A stretch of 64,000 nucleotides of DNA from Thermoplasmata archaeon (GCA_022749815.1 JAKIWV010000002.1:194478-258477), one strand, 5' to 3'. Positions 38,007 through 48,664 are shown, counted from the first letter of the stretch. Numbers and translations are program-made. Notes: a model not told the origin generated them from the letters alone.

Positions 38007-38144
38007 TCAGTCGTAGGCGCTGTCCTCGCTCATTCGCATGATCATTCCCCCGCATCGGGGGCATTGGACCAGGCGCCATTCGGGCTCGACTGTGATCACT
38101 GCGCGACACGTCGGGCAGACCACTTGTTGACTCGTTCCGGTCAT
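38007..38144 (-). CDS. Small zinc-ribbon protein (45 aa; MTGTSQQVVCPTCRAVITVEPEWRLVQCPRCGGMIMRMSEDSAYD), not in the supplied ORF track
   Basis: CPTC-x15-CPRC arrangement. It sits in an otherwise unassigned gap between the transglutaminase-like and MOSC genes. Confidence 0.35.
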   Translation of the reverse strand: MTGTSQQVVCPTCRAVITVEPEWRLVQCPRCGGMIMRMSEDSAYD

Positions 38145-38352
38145 CCGTCCATCGCGATCCAGCGGCCTGCGTCGCCGGCGTAACCTCCTTCGGTGTCAAA
38201 AGGAAACCGTACTGGGCATGTCCGCCGGTGGTCCTTCTCTTCCAGAATGTCCTAGCGGCCCCATCAAGGCGGAGAACCTCCCGACCTGTCTGGACTCGGA
38301 GGATCTGAGGAGCGGGTCCAAGAGACTCGGGCCTCTCATCGGCACGGCCGAT

Positions 38353-38904
38353 TCAATCGCTCGATTCCTCTGACGTGACGAACTCGGACACCGACGGAGC
38401 GCCGGGTCGGCGGGAGAGAAGCTCGATGGGGTCGCCCGTTCCCATTTCTCCCTCGTCGATGACCGCAAGGTAGAAGCCGGAACGCCGCGAACGATAGAAC
38501 CGCTCGATCATGTCGGACCGGCCGAACGCCGCGTTCATTTTGTAGCACGGGCTCCGCGGTTGCGTAACCTCTAGCGTGGCGGATCCAATGCGTACGTTGT
38601 CCCCGATGCACGCGGTCGATTCGAGCCACCCGCTGGTGGTAAGGTTCTCCCCGAAAGATCCCCAACCCAGGGAAGGGGAAACGAGCGTCTCTCGCCAGAA
38701 GCCGTAGTGCTCCGACGGGTAAACGTAGACGGCCTTTCGTCGCCCGCCGTGCACGCTCCGATCGGCCTGATCGTCACCTAGGAAGTTCACACCGCGGAGC
38801 GGGATTCGGCCTTGGACCGGGTGCTTCCTGAACCCCGTCCGGATCTGACGGCCCTCCCAACGGATGACCTCAACCTCCCCGACGTTGAGGGAAACCACGT
38901 TCAT
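38353..38904 (-). CDS. MOSC-domain protein (YiiM-like)
   Basis: GDNVRIGSATLEVTQPRSPCYKM and GFYLAVIDEGEM are MOSC-domain motifs with the conserved Cys. Confidence 0.65.
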   Translation of the reverse strand: MNVVSLNVGEVEVIRWEGRQIRTGFRKHPVQGRIPLRGVNFLGDDQADRSVHGGRRKAVYVYPSEHYGFWRETLVSPSLGWGSFGENLTTSGWLESTACIGDNVRIGSATLEVTQPRSPCYKMNAAFGRSDMIERFYRSRRSGFYLAVIDEGEMGTGDPIELLSRRPGAPSVSEFVTSEESSD

Positions 38905-39483
38905 CAGGCCCTCGCGAGCCGATTCGCGCTGTTACGGTTTCGCTGTTTCGTTGGCGGCGTGTAGCTACCGTAGAAGACTCCACGGACGGGGGGTTCTCGT
39001 TCAGGGGCGGAGCGGGCCGAATCTGGAGTTTGCCTCGGGCTGGGGGCCATTGGGGTTCCAGAAGCGACCGTTATGTTGTCCCTTGCCTTGCGTCGATGGA
39101 TGCCCGGACTCCCGAATATCCCAACGCCGTGCTGCCCGAATTGTCTGCCCGCACACCGAGGCGATTGGGAAGTTCGAACCAACCCCTACATGCTCTACGA
39201 GTCGGGCGGTCCCCCGTGTGCGTACTGCGGGATGGACGACCCCGAGTGGATCCTCACCGTCGCGTGCCCGATCAACCTCTCTGGGCCTCAGGCAGCCGAA
39301 GTTCGCCCCGGTCGGTTCGACAAACCCAACTAGCGGCTCGTCTGGCCGCGTTTTTCATCCCGGGAGCGCCACCCTTCCCATGGCCACGCTGAACCCCTCT
39401 GAACCTGAGCTGAACGCAGCAGTGATTGCGACTTGGATGGTGCCGGCTGCCAGAGGGGCAGGGCGAATTCACGGCTCGGGAAT

Positions 39484-39514
39484 GGGTGCAACGACTATTG
39501 CACCTCCGGACGGT
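39484..39514. repeat. Palindromic repeat family, copy P4 (GGGTGCAA-CGACT-ATTGCACCTCCGGACGG)
   Basis: It lies about 50 nt upstream of the ATG at 39564. Confidence 0.65.
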
Positions 39515-39563
39515 GAAGCGGCACCAGCGAGACTTTTTCAATCCTCAAGTGACCAGTGGTTCC

Positions 39564-39905
39564 ATGACCGGCTACCGGGCTCCCAATGTTCCTCCGACCA
39601 AAGTCACTCCCCAGCTCGTGAGAGACGAACTACTAACGTGCTTTCAGAGCGCGAACCGGGAGTTTGCGAACCTGCTGAACCAGCCCGTCACGGACGAGCA
39701 ACTGAAGCAGCAGGTCAACCAATTCGTGCGCACCGTGTTCGATCAATGTGGCGTCAATTTCGAAGCGCCCACGAAGGAAGGGATCACTCGGGCGATGGCC
39801 GAGTGCAGGAGTAACGCCGAGAAGATGATGGGCCCGAAGGGCTCCTCGATCATTCAACACCACTACGACGAAATGATGAAGCTCGTGCGGGTCCTAACAG
39901 ACTGA
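39564..39905 (+). CDS. Hypothetical protein (113 aa)
   Basis: A clean frame starting MTGYRAPNVP. No family recognised. Confidence 0.35.
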   Translation: MTGYRAPNVPPTKVTPQLVRDELLTCFQSANREFANLLNQPVTDEQLKQQVNQFVRTVFDQCGVNFEAPTKEGITRAMAECRSNAEKMMGPKGSSIIQHHYDEMMKLVRVLTD

Positions 39906-40020
39906 CCGCGGATGCACCCTCGAGCCGCGGAGCCGGTTCCCGGCTTTTCTCCCGACGGACGCGGTCCGGTGGTAGCGCAGTCGGGGGGAGGGGATTGAGG
40001 TCTGGAATACCTCCGGACTC

Positions 40021-40665
40021 CTAGTATCGGGAAGAATCGGCGCGATGAAGTCGGACGTCGACCTCTCTCTCCACGTAATTCCACTCCTCCGTCTCTCGTA
40101 GGCGTCCCACCAGTCGCTCGAACGCCGGCGAATCGCTGGGTTTGAACTCGAACCAGGTGAGAAAATCGAACGGCTCCCCCAGGCGCCGGCTGTGATAGAG
40201 CTGCCGCGCGACTGCCGGCAGATACTCGAGGCCCGTGGCGAGGTGGTGGGACCGATCCTCGAAAATCGCTCGTCTCTCGTTCAACGGCAAGTCCCACCAG
40301 TCCGAGGACTTACGGATGGGTATGAGCGCCGCTCGGGTGCAGCCGGATCGACCGAGTGCAGGCTGAACCAATCGAAGCCGCGCTTGCTCCGTCGGAGTCG
40401 TGTAGTGCTCCTGCTCGATGATTCCTCGAAGTGCCCAAACCGACGCCACGGGCACCCTTGATTCCACCCCGGGGATCATGTCCACGGCAGACACCCTGGG
40501 CAAGGGCGCGCCTCGAATTCCAGCGATCTGTTCCACTTGCCACGGGCCGCGTTTCCCGCCCACAAAAGTGGCGCCGGCGTTTCGCGGAACTTCTCCCCCA
40601 CCCCCGCTCATGATGATACCCGGGCCGCGTTCCGGAGGTCCATTTCCCCGCGACGTACCCCGCAA
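40021..40665 (-). CDS. Hypothetical protein; weak resemblance to the chlorite-dismutase/HemQ (CDE superfamily) C-terminal region
   Basis: C-terminal FDFLTWFEFKPSDSPAFERLV. The start is uncertain and the N-terminal part of the ORF is Gly/Arg-rich. Confidence 0.25.
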   Translation of the reverse strand: MRGTSRGNGPPERGPGIIMSGGGGEVPRNAGATFVGGKRGPWQVEQIAGIRGAPLPRVSAVDMIPGVESRVPVASVWALRGIIEQEHYTTPTEQARLRLVQPALGRSGCTRAALIPIRKSSDWWDLPLNERRAIFEDRSHHLATGLEYLPAVARQLYHSRRLGEPFDFLTWFEFKPSDSPAFERLVGRLRETEEWNYVEREVDVRLHRADSSRY

Positions 40666-41027
40666 TCCTTCTTGATGTGGACGTCACAGCGATGGGGTCG
40701 AACCCCTGCGGACGACCGGGCCCGTAAGAGAACTCCTCCCAAGTCAAGAGTGCCACCCGCGGTGAGACGAGCCACGACGCCCTGCCCAGAGGAGAATGAC
40801 CGTTGCAATCCGAGCGCCCGATCACAAGAGATCAGGACCGGCTGGGATGAGGATCCATGCTCACCACTAGCAGTCGTTCGATCGACGTTCTCGAGGTCAC
40901 CGCCCTTCGTCGCAGGGACCTCCGCGGCCGGGCCTGTGCCAAGTCTCATTCAGGGTCGTCAAGTTCCCAGTCGGACCCGAGACCGGGTCGGCGACAGATG
41001 CCTGAGGAGCAGAGTGGCTCGTCTCCG

Positions 41028-41264
41028 CTAGCGCTTTGCCGCCGCGATGTTGTGTGTGATGTGGGCGTCTCGCTCTTTTTCGGTGAGGTCACGCATGTGA
41101 GCGGTCATCGTCACCACTCCATTCAGCTCTAGTCCAAGTCGTGTGCCTGCGAGATTGAGCCTTACACTCCGCAGCTGAAGGTCCAGCTGGGTGTGCTTGT
41201 CACTCAACGCGGCGATCAGATCTTCCACCATCCCCGATGAACTGGGTCCTCTCTTTTCCGGCAT
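41028..41264 (-). CDS. Hypothetical small protein (78 aa)
   Basis: Starts MPEKRGPSSSGMVEDLIAAL. No family recognised. Confidence 0.3.
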   Translation of the reverse strand: MPEKRGPSSSGMVEDLIAALSDKHTQLDLQLRSVRLNLAGTRLGLELNGVVTMTAHMRDLTEKERDAHITHNIAAAKR

Positions 41265-41538
41265 GTCCCCTCGATAGAGCCCGGAGCGGCTTCGTCCGAT
41301 ATACGATTTTGGGCGCGCCTCGACGCCGAGGGTCCTTCCGGCTCGGCGGGCGGGACGGAGACCCACCCTGCGCTCCTAAACGCTGCGTGCCCGACGGTTA
41401 ATGATTCGTCAGTCCTCGATGGCTGGCCGAGGGAAGCGAACCGACGTTCACGGGACGTGGGCCGGTTTCCCGTACCGACGAAGCGGATAAGGGCGGGCGG
41501 CTGTCTCCCCGAGGGGCGAGCCAGGGGATCGAGAACAG

Positions 41539-42096
41539 TTGATCCAGTCCTACCGAGGAGTCCGGATTCAGCGCCGCGCGCCGATTCGACTGTATCCGTT
41601 TGAACGGTTCTTCCGCGGATTCGCCACCGCCCCCCCAATCCTGGAGCTGTTCGGGAAGAACGCCGGGAAGATCCTCGGCGGGCTCAAGGTCGAGTTCTTC
41701 TCCCCGCCGTTTGGGTACATGGGGACGAGTGACATCGACGGGCATCTCATCGTGAGCAGCCATCACCTCAAAACGAGCGATCTCCGAACCCTCTACCTCG
41801 ATGTCGTCCACGAACTCTGTCACGTCAAGCAATTTCGTGCCGGACGGGCCCTCTTTGACCGGAAGAGGAAGTACGTTGACACTCCGACCGAGGTCGAGGC
41901 GTATGCCTTCACGGTAAAGGAAGGGAGGCGGATCGGGATGACGAACCCGCAGCTGTTCGAATACCTAAAGGTCGAGTGGGTCGACGCGAAGGACCTCCGT
42001 CGGTTGGGGCGGAGGCTCGGTGTGCTCGGAACGGGGCGACCCGCCCGGGGTCACCGGCGCCGGTCACCCCCGACACGAGCCCGAAGACGCCGATAA
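41539..42096 (+). CDS. Putative zinc metallopeptidase-like protein (HExxH motif VVHELCHVKQ)
   Basis: A single HELCH motif with a downstream Glu (PTEVEAYAF). The family is not identified. Confidence 0.3.
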   Translation: MIQSYRGVRIQRRAPIRLYPFERFFRGFATAPPILELFGKNAGKILGGLKVEFFSPPFGYMGTSDIDGHLIVSSHHLKTSDLRTLYLDVVHELCHVKQFRAGRALFDRKRKYVDTPTEVEAYAFTVKEGRRIGMTNPQLFEYLKVEWVDAKDLRRLGRRLGVLGTGRPARGHRRRSPPTRARRRR

Positions 42097-42103
42097 GGGT
42101 CGA

Positions 42104-42523
42104 ATGGGAGGGGTCATGATTTCCGGAGCGCACGCCATCCTCTACAGCAAAGATGCCGATGCGGACAGAGAATTCTTCCGCGACGTGCTCAGGTTTCGTT
42201 CTGTCGACGCCGGCGACGGATGGCACATCTTCGCTCTCCCGCCGGCAGAGGTAGCCGTGCACCCGGCGGACAAGAATGGCCGGCACGAGCTCTTTCTGAT
42301 GTGCGATGACCTCGACGCGACCATCAAGTCACTCCGGCGGAAGAAGGTCCGGTGTTCGGCGCCCGTTGAGCGGGATTGGGGTACCCTGACCATGGTCACG
42401 CTGCCCGGCGGCGGCAAGCTCGGAGTGTATCAGCCGAAGCATCCCTTGGCCCACGGCCGAGGATTGCGATCAACGTCCTCACCCTCCCACAGACCGTTCG
42501 ATGGCAGCAACTCACCCCCCTGA
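42104..42523 (+). CDS. VOC (glyoxalase) family protein
   Basis: ISGAHAILYSKDADADREFFRDVLRF...VTLPGGGKLGVYQPKH. Confidence 0.5.
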   Translation: MGGVMISGAHAILYSKDADADREFFRDVLRFRSVDAGDGWHIFALPPAEVAVHPADKNGRHELFLMCDDLDATIKSLRRKKVRCSAPVERDWGTLTMVTLPGGGKLGVYQPKHPLAHGRGLRSTSSPSHRPFDGSNSPP

Positions 42524-42603
42524 ATCCAGGATCGATCCCAGGGGAAGATGCTCCTTCGCGGGCGCACCAGGGAGAAGGACCGCGAAGAGCGGGTCGAGCT
42601 CAG

Positions 42604-43560
42604 CTAGGCCCCTTTCGTGGTGGCCTGCTCAGACCCGAGTCCTGCCAGGAACGTCGCCGAGGGCACAAAGAATAGGCTTCCGGTGACCGCGCGGCTGAAG
42701 TCCAACAGGCGGTCATAGGTGCCGGGCGGGTTGCCGATGAACATGTTCTGGAGCATCTGCTCGATGGTGCGGGGCGACCGGCTGTACCCGATGAAATAGG
42801 TGCCGAACTCCCGCAGCGCCGCATTGCCAAAGGGCATGTTGTCCCGGAGAATCTTGACCTCCTTCCCATCCTCCACGATCTTGGTCAACGCATTGTGGGC
42901 GTAGGGAGGCTTGACCGAGTCGTCCAGTTCTATGTCGGTCAACTTCTTGCGGCCGACGATCCGTTCCTGCTCTTCGGTGGGAAGCGCTTCCCAGGCCTCC
43001 AAATTGTGGAGGTATTTCTGAACGATGACGTAGCTGCCTCCGGAGAACGGCGGGTCCTCGTGGTTGACGAGGACGGCCTCTCTGGCGTCCGCTCCTTTCG
43101 GGTTCTCCGTTCCGTCGACGAACCCGATGAGGTCGCGGCTGTCGAAATACCGGAATCCGTGCACCTCGTCGACGGGGGAGACCGCCGCCCCCAGGCGGGC
43201 GAGTATCCGCGTCGCCAGTTCGAAGCAAAGGTCGGGCCGGTTCGCCCGGATATGGAACAAAATATCGCCAGGCGTGGCGACGGCGTGCCGCTCGCCGGCG
43301 CGTAGTTCGCGGAACGGTCTTAGCTCGGCGGGCCGGGGCGGGCCAAAGAGCCCATCCCAGGCTTGGGACCCGAAGCCCGTCACGCAGGATAGGCTCCCAT
43401 CCAGCTCACGGAAGCCTACCGAGCGAACGAACGCGGGCAGATCCCCGCAGAGGGACCGGATAATGCCTCGACTTTCCGAGCCCGGGGTCACCGTCACCAC
43501 AAGGAAGATCGCTGCCCGGGTCAGGCCAGCCGCTACTTCTTGTGGCACCGGCCCCGATTC
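42604..43560 (-). CDS. DyP-type peroxidase
   Basis: The C-terminal region matches DyP-type peroxidases (FGTYFIGYSRSPRTIEQMLQNMFIG...GSLFFVPS and GFVDGTENPKG). The listed ORF extends further 5', but that part is low-complexity and probably non-coding. Confidence 0.7.
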   Translation of the reverse strand, partial: ESGPVPQEVAAGLTRAAIFLVVTVTPGSESRGIIRSLCGDLPAFVRSVGFRELDGSLSCVTGFGSQAWDGLFGPPRPAELRPFRELRAGERHAVATPGDILFHIRANRPDLCFELATRILARLGAAVSPVDEVHGFRYFDSRDLIGFVDGTENPKGADAREAVLVNHEDPPFSGGSYVIVQKYLHNLEAWEALPTEEQERIVGRKKLTDIELDDSVKPPYAHNALTKIVEDGKEVKILRDNMPFGNAALREFGTYFIGYSRSPRTIEQMLQNMFIGNPPGTYDRLLDFSRAVTGSLFFVPSATFLAGLGSEQATTKGA

Positions 43561-43723
43561 GTGGGAAGCGCTCGTGGGAATCACCGATGAGGGGTGCCCT
43601 GTGGGAAGAGACTGAGGGGATAAACCTCCTCTCAACCGACCGAGTGACCTGGGAGGGTACAACGGCGGTGGCACCGGGTTCGCGCCCAGCGTTGCCCGGT
43701 CGGGATCACCGACTGTCGTTATC

Positions 43724-44299
43724 ATGAACAGCCGTGTGGAGGGACGGATGACCACAGATCGACGATTCTGCCGATTCGCCCGCTCGAAGGAAACCGACCC
43801 CTTCGGAATGCCCGAGGTTCCCGAGGACGGGCTCTGTCTGTCGGCCTTCGTGATCCTCAGCCCGGAAGACGATCCGTCATCCGTTCTCATGGGTCACATG
43901 AACCCGGCGGCACCGTGGGATCACCTTGGGGCGATGGATCCAGGGCGGGTCGAGGCTCATCGGCACGGTTGGATGCTCCCCTCCTCCCATCTGATCCTCC
44001 AGGAATCCCCTGAGGAGGCCGCTCGGCGCGTGCTCGCCGAGCAGCTCGAGCTTCCCCCCCTTCCTCTCGAGGGACCGAAAGTCGTCTCGGAAGTCGGCCC
44101 CTCTCGCCGGTATCCGACGCGCCGCGGGCACTGGGACCTGGAGTTCCTGTTCCGTGGCCGAGTCCGCGAACGGGATCTCCCTTCTCCGGAGGCTTGGACC
44201 GAGCTGCGTTTCGTGGATTTACGCACGATTCGGAAGATGGAGATCGCTCGATCCCACGACGAGGTCCTCGCTTCCGCCGGCTTTCGGTTGAACGATTGA
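43724..44299 (+). CDS. NUDIX-hydrolase-like protein
   Basis: A degenerate Nudix box, ESPEEAARRVLAEQLEL, after a GLCLSAFVIL beta-strand. Confidence 0.35.
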   Translation: MNSRVEGRMTTDRRFCRFARSKETDPFGMPEVPEDGLCLSAFVILSPEDDPSSVLMGHMNPAAPWDHLGAMDPGRVEAHRHGWMLPSSHLILQESPEEAARRVLAEQLELPPLPLEGPKVVSEVGPSRRYPTRRGHWDLEFLFRGRVRERDLPSPEAWTELRFVDLRTIRKMEIARSHDEVLASAGFRLND

Positions 44300-44506
44300 G
44301 ACCCCACGTGGGGCAGCTCCGTAAGGACCAACTAGGGCGCCGGAGACGGTCGTTGCCTTCAGGCCCGCCGGGATTCCAGGTGGCCGCGCGGCGGGCTGTT
44401 CGGGTTAGAAATCGATTCCATTGAGAGGGTCGTACGCTGGAATCGCCGCCTTGGAGGGAGGGTCTTTCCCCCCACTCGAAGTAGTTCCGATTGGGCCGCG
44501 CTGATT

Positions 44507-45559
44507 CTACTCGACGAAGGAGCGTCGGACTGGCCTTCTCGGGACGCGGGGGGCTAGAGAGGACAGAGCCACGCGGAGAAAGAGGCGGGACTCCAGCGCT
44601 TTACTGATATTCTGATCGCGGATATTCTCCGTCATTCGGGCGATCTCGGAACTGATCGCCTCGGTGAGGGCTGCGGGAGCTTGGGTCTCGTTGAGAAGGG
44701 ACCGACCTTTCGAGATCTGGTAGTTCATTCGCGGGACAAGAAGCCCCCACAGGAGTCCGTTGGCCCGTTTCAATCGTCGCTCGATCTGTCCGGCCTCGCC
44801 CCTGCGCGGGATACGGATCGCCTCGGCCACTGGCCGCAATACGCCGGGCGCGACGCCGCCCATCTCCCGGAGCGCCCGGATCATCTGACCCGCTTCGGTG
44901 AACTGGGTCTTGATCCGGCTCCAGCTCGCCTCGATCGACTCTACGGTCCGCTGGGCGTTCTGTCGTTGTTCCTCGGCTCGAGCGAGTTCGCCTCCGCTCA
45001 GCGCCTTTCGGTAGGCGGCCAGGTCAGCGTCCAGGGCTTGGGTCCGCACCCGCCGTGCGATCGCGTCGCGACGGTCGCACAGCGTGCGATACCGGTCGAC
45101 CAGTCCGTCGAGGACCGACCGGACCAGGGAGTGGCGAAGCCGAGAGAGTTGGACCGGATCTCCGTCCGAGCGGGCCTGCCGCATGGCTCCCATTAGACGC
45201 GACAGGTCCAGTCCAAGGGCGCGTCCTATGCGAAGGGCCTCCTCCCAAGGACCGGGCAGATCCTCAACCCGACCGCCGGTTTCGGGATGCAGTTCCTCCC
45301 CACCCGGTACGGATGGTTCCTCAAGGGTCCGGTCGTCCACTGCAGGCGCCGGGGATTCGAGCAGTAAGGGCGGTGACGGCCCGGGGTGGACCGGTGGTCT
45401 GGCCCCGGTGAGTTCTTCGAGAGCGTGAGTGAACTTGGCTTCCTCCGCCGGATCAGCAATGTCGCGGACTGGCTCGAACATCTCACTCGGCAGACCGCAC
45501 GCGGCGCAACCGGTCTGACCTGGCGGACCCACTGCCCCACAGACTGGACACTCGACCAT
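44507..45559 (-). CDS. Zinc-ribbon plus coiled-coil protein (351 aa)
   Basis: N-terminal MVECPVCGAV...GCAACG ribbon followed by a long charged helical region. Confidence 0.4.
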   Translation of the reverse strand: MVECPVCGAVGPPGQTGCAACGLPSEMFEPVRDIADPAEEAKFTHALEELTGARPPVHPGPSPPLLLESPAPAVDDRTLEEPSVPGGEELHPETGGRVEDLPGPWEEALRIGRALGLDLSRLMGAMRQARSDGDPVQLSRLRHSLVRSVLDGLVDRYRTLCDRRDAIARRVRTQALDADLAAYRKALSGGELARAEEQRQNAQRTVESIEASWSRIKTQFTEAGQMIRALREMGGVAPGVLRPVAEAIRIPRRGEAGQIERRLKRANGLLWGLLVPRMNYQISKGRSLLNETQAPAALTEAISSEIARMTENIRDQNISKALESRLFLRVALSSLAPRVPRRPVRRSFVE

Positions 45560-45719
45560 GCTGCCTCCTCGAGGCCTCCCCCGGCATGCGGCGACCGAGC
45601 CCGCGGTCGCGCGAACGGCCGTGAGGGGGCTTTGTTCGAGGAACGAACCGAACCGAACAGATATACGTCGGAAGACGTAAGAACTTCTCGGTGCCGGCGC
45701 CGAGTCGGGGCGCTTTCCC

Positions 45720-46400
45720 GTGGGCTCCAAAAGCGGGCTCAGTTGCTCGATGGCCGTGCAGGGAGCAACCTGCGTCGCACGATCGGGACGGGGTCCGTTG
45801 CGTACGCGTGAACGGGAAATTCTCAGCGATCCCCTATCATTCTGCGAACGATACCGATTCATACAACCGCGTTTCTGCAGCGGCGTGTCTCTCACGGATA
45901 TCGCTACGTGGGTGAGCATTGCGGCGTCCTCAGCGCTCGTGGTATCGGTAATTCTCTTAGCATACAATGTGAGAGCGAGCAGGCTGGACGCGAGGAGGAA
46001 CTTGGCCTTCTCGATGATGGAGCAACTGACCTCGGCCGACTTTGCCGGGCGTCGATGGAAGATGCACCATTCTGTCGAAACTGCTTCTGCTTCCGGTTGG
46101 AGGGGGTTCGACGACAGCCTCGAGGATTTCGAGAGCAGATCCTTTGCCTACCAGTACGAGTTGATCGGCCAGATGGTGTTGTCCGGAACGCTGGACTACC
46201 GGCTGGTCAGGGACTTTGTTCGGTTCACTGTTGTCTCAGACTGGAATGCGTTCGAACCCTTGGACGCTCACCTGACGGAGCGGTTCCCTGGACGCCCCAG
46301 CCCTTGGGCTCGCTTTCGGCAGTTGGCCCAGCGGATTACCACCGAATTGAAGGGCCCCGAACTTCTTAGACGAGCTCCTTCGCAGTCTGACGAGAAATAG
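45720..46400 (+). CDS. Hypothetical membrane-anchored protein
   Basis: A single TM (IATWVSIAASSALVVSVILLAY) followed by a soluble domain. The start is uncertain. Confidence 0.3.
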   Translation: MGSKSGLSCSMAVQGATCVARSGRGPLRTREREILSDPLSFCERYRFIQPRFCSGVSLTDIATWVSIAASSALVVSVILLAYNVRASRLDARRNLAFSMMEQLTSADFAGRRWKMHHSVETASASGWRGFDDSLEDFESRSFAYQYELIGQMVLSGTLDYRLVRDFVRFTVVSDWNAFEPLDAHLTERFPGRPSPWARFRQLAQRITTELKGPELLRRAPSQSDEK

Positions 46401-46473
46401 CGCCGGTCCCTACGCGAGGGCGTCACTTCCTAGGCGGCATAGGCACCGGCGAGCAGCCCAGGTGCCAACGGGT

Positions 46474-46515
46474 GGGGTTTGCAAAGCCCCCCTCGCATTG
46501 CAACCTGCCGTAGGT
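46474..46515. repeat. Palindromic repeat family, degenerate copy P11 (GGGGTTTGCAAAGCCCC..CGCATTGCAACC)
   Basis: It contains TTGCAA and ATTGCAACC half-sites. It is intergenic. Confidence 0.35.
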
Positions 46516-46749
46516 TCCAGAGATTCATTGTGCCTTGCACGGATCGCGAGGTGCGACGCCTCCGAAACGTAACGACGGCCCCCCAATCAAAGGGGCGCCC
46601 TCTCAACGCGGAGGACTTCCATCCGCCAGGCCCTTGTGGGCCTAACCCCCCCTCGGGCGAATCTTCGGCCGTGCCCAACTGGCCCCAAGTTCGGGCCCGC
46701 CCACGGATCCATCAATCGTCTGCGCCAGTCGGCCCCAAGCGGGCGGGAC

Positions 46750-47301
46750 CTATGTTCCGCCGTACAGAGTCGCTCCACAGTTCTGGCAGATTCGGGCATC
46801 CCCGGAGTTCCGAGCATCACATTTCGGACAGTACCGTACGATCATCGAGCCGGCACTCCGGGGGAGTAAGGCTTCGGAATGGGGGGTGGTCTGTGAAACC
46901 ACGGGGGTGGTAGGCTGAGAATACAGTCCCTCCGGAGTCTTGGGAGGAAGGGGAGACTGCGCGAAGACGATACCGATCACACCCGCGATGATTGCGAGGA
47001 CGAACCCGACGACGAATCCCCCTCCAAGCCAGAGGGAGAACGCGCCAAGAATAACGATCAGTGCTGACAAGGAGCCTCGCCGCAGGGAATCGTCAGAAAG
47101 CAGGTAGAATAGGAGGACAAAACCGAGCAGAATCGCCAGCCCGATATCGACGACACCGAGGAAGACGACCGGGCCCGAAACCTGTAGAGGGGTTGGGAAA
47201 GACGCCACCGCGGCAAGGTATACGATTCCGTTGATCAGGATGAGCAGGACCGCAGGTATGCCGAGTAGGATTACCTCGATCCTGGCCTCCCCATCGTACA
47301 T
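46750..47301 (-). CDS. Membrane protein (4 TM) with a C-terminal zinc ribbon (CPKC...CQNC)
   Basis: It has the same architecture as 29806..30195. Confidence 0.45.
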   Translation of the reverse strand: MYDGEARIEVILLGIPAVLLILINGIVYLAAVASFPTPLQVSGPVVFLGVVDIGLAILLGFVLLFYLLSDDSLRRGSLSALIVILGAFSLWLGGGFVVGFVLAIIAGVIGIVFAQSPLPPKTPEGLYSQPTTPVVSQTTPHSEALLPRSAGSMIVRYCPKCDARNSGDARICQNCGATLYGGT

Positions 47302-47628
47302 TGGCTCGCTCTCATCTCACCAGATATCCAACCTATAAACTGAGGGTGAGCGCGCCGGCAGGATGCTTGCGGGCTCAACGTGGCTTCGATCCCCCCATCC
47401 ACACGTCGGAGCCGCGCCTGCCCGAGCCGATCTCTCCCAATCGGGAGGACTAGGCGCGGCCGCCTAAGCCGCCCGCCTGAAACCGAACTTCGCGGAAGTG
47501 TCACCTCCGTTGTCTGTTTTAAGAACGGTGAATTGTGGACACCTGAATTCCTCTTCCCAACCCATTTACGCCCCTTCTTTCTGAGCGACACGGGCCTCCG
47601 CCGCGGTGAACAATTGAAGAATTCTCAG

Positions 47629-48201
47629 GTGGGCAGACTACGTCGTTGTCCGTGGGCGGGGGGTGATCCACTGCTCCGTGAATACCATGACGAGGAGTGG
47701 GGCATCCCCGTTCGCGACAGCCGCACACTTTGGGAGAAGTTGATGCTCGACGGTTTCCAGGCTGGTTTGTCGTGGTCGATCATCTTGCGCAAGCGCGATG
47801 CATTTCGCAGAGCCTTCAAACAGTTCGACCCGGAAGTGGTCGCGCGATTTCGAGAACGGGATATCACCCGTCTGCTGGCTGACCCCGGTATCGTTCGGTC
47901 GCGGGTCAAGATCGAGGCGACCATCGCGGGCGCACGCGCCTATCTCACGATGCAAGCCTCGGGCACTGATTTCTCGACGTACGCATGGAGAGCCGTGGGC
48001 GGGACCTCAATCCAAAATTCAGGTCCCGTCCCAGCTAAGACTCCCCTCTCGGAGGAGATTTCAAAGAGTCTCAAAGAGCGTGGATTCAAATTCGTGGGTC
48101 CGACCATCGTCTACGCGTGGATGCAGGCATCCGGCCTCGTGAATGATCACTCGGCGGATTGCTTTCGACGCATCCCGATTTCCAGAATGGGGCGACTCTG
48201 A
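47629..48201 (+). CDS. tag: DNA-3-methyladenine glycosylase I
   Basis: RCPWAGGDPLLREYHDEEWGIPVRD...FQAGLSWSIILRKR...GPTIVYAWMQASGLVNDH. The likely start is a GTG at 47629. Confidence 0.75.
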   Translation: MGRLRRCPWAGGDPLLREYHDEEWGIPVRDSRTLWEKLMLDGFQAGLSWSIILRKRDAFRRAFKQFDPEVVARFRERDITRLLADPGIVRSRVKIEATIAGARAYLTMQASGTDFSTYAWRAVGGTSIQNSGPVPAKTPLSEEISKSLKERGFKFVGPTIVYAWMQASGLVNDHSADCFRRIPISRMGRL

Positions 48202-48325
48202 GGCGGTCTTCTACCGCGTGCCCGGATGGCGGCAGGGGCCTCCCCCAGACCAAACCGACCTCCACTGGTTGAGGGCAGTGCGCACGGTGGCGGGCCTCGG
48301 CGTCCTTCGGGAAAGACTGGAGGCG

Positions 48326-48356
48326 TAACCCCCGTTGCACCTTTCGAGGAACGCGC
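48326..48356. repeat. Palindromic repeat family, half-copy P12 (GTAACCCCCGTTGCACCTTTCGAGGAACGCGCC)
   Basis: It carries only the right half-site, GTTGCACC, plus the flank TCGAGGAACG (compare P1/P2 TCGAAC). It is nearly identical to 53344..53362, GTAACCTCCCCGTGCACC. Confidence 0.4.
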
Positions 48357-48664
48357 CGCTTTCGATGGGCGACGAAAGTAGCGCTGCCACTGCCGCGGAG
48401 GGCTCCGAACGTTGGGGGTGGCGGGCGGATTATCGTGCACCTCCTTCGCCGACGTCGGGGTAGGTTACACGGTCGAGTTGGCGGCGAAGTCGTGACTGTT
48501 CATCTTGGACGAAGGTCCAGATGTCCTCCAGATCGACTTCCACGTAATCGTGAACGAGCCCACCTTTGCGCGTGTGAGGGTCATTTCCTGGAATTTCGCC
48601 GAGTCCGGACCCAGGCCAGTATTCCGATAGAACGGCCGGACGCACGGTTGCGCGAGACGCGTTT

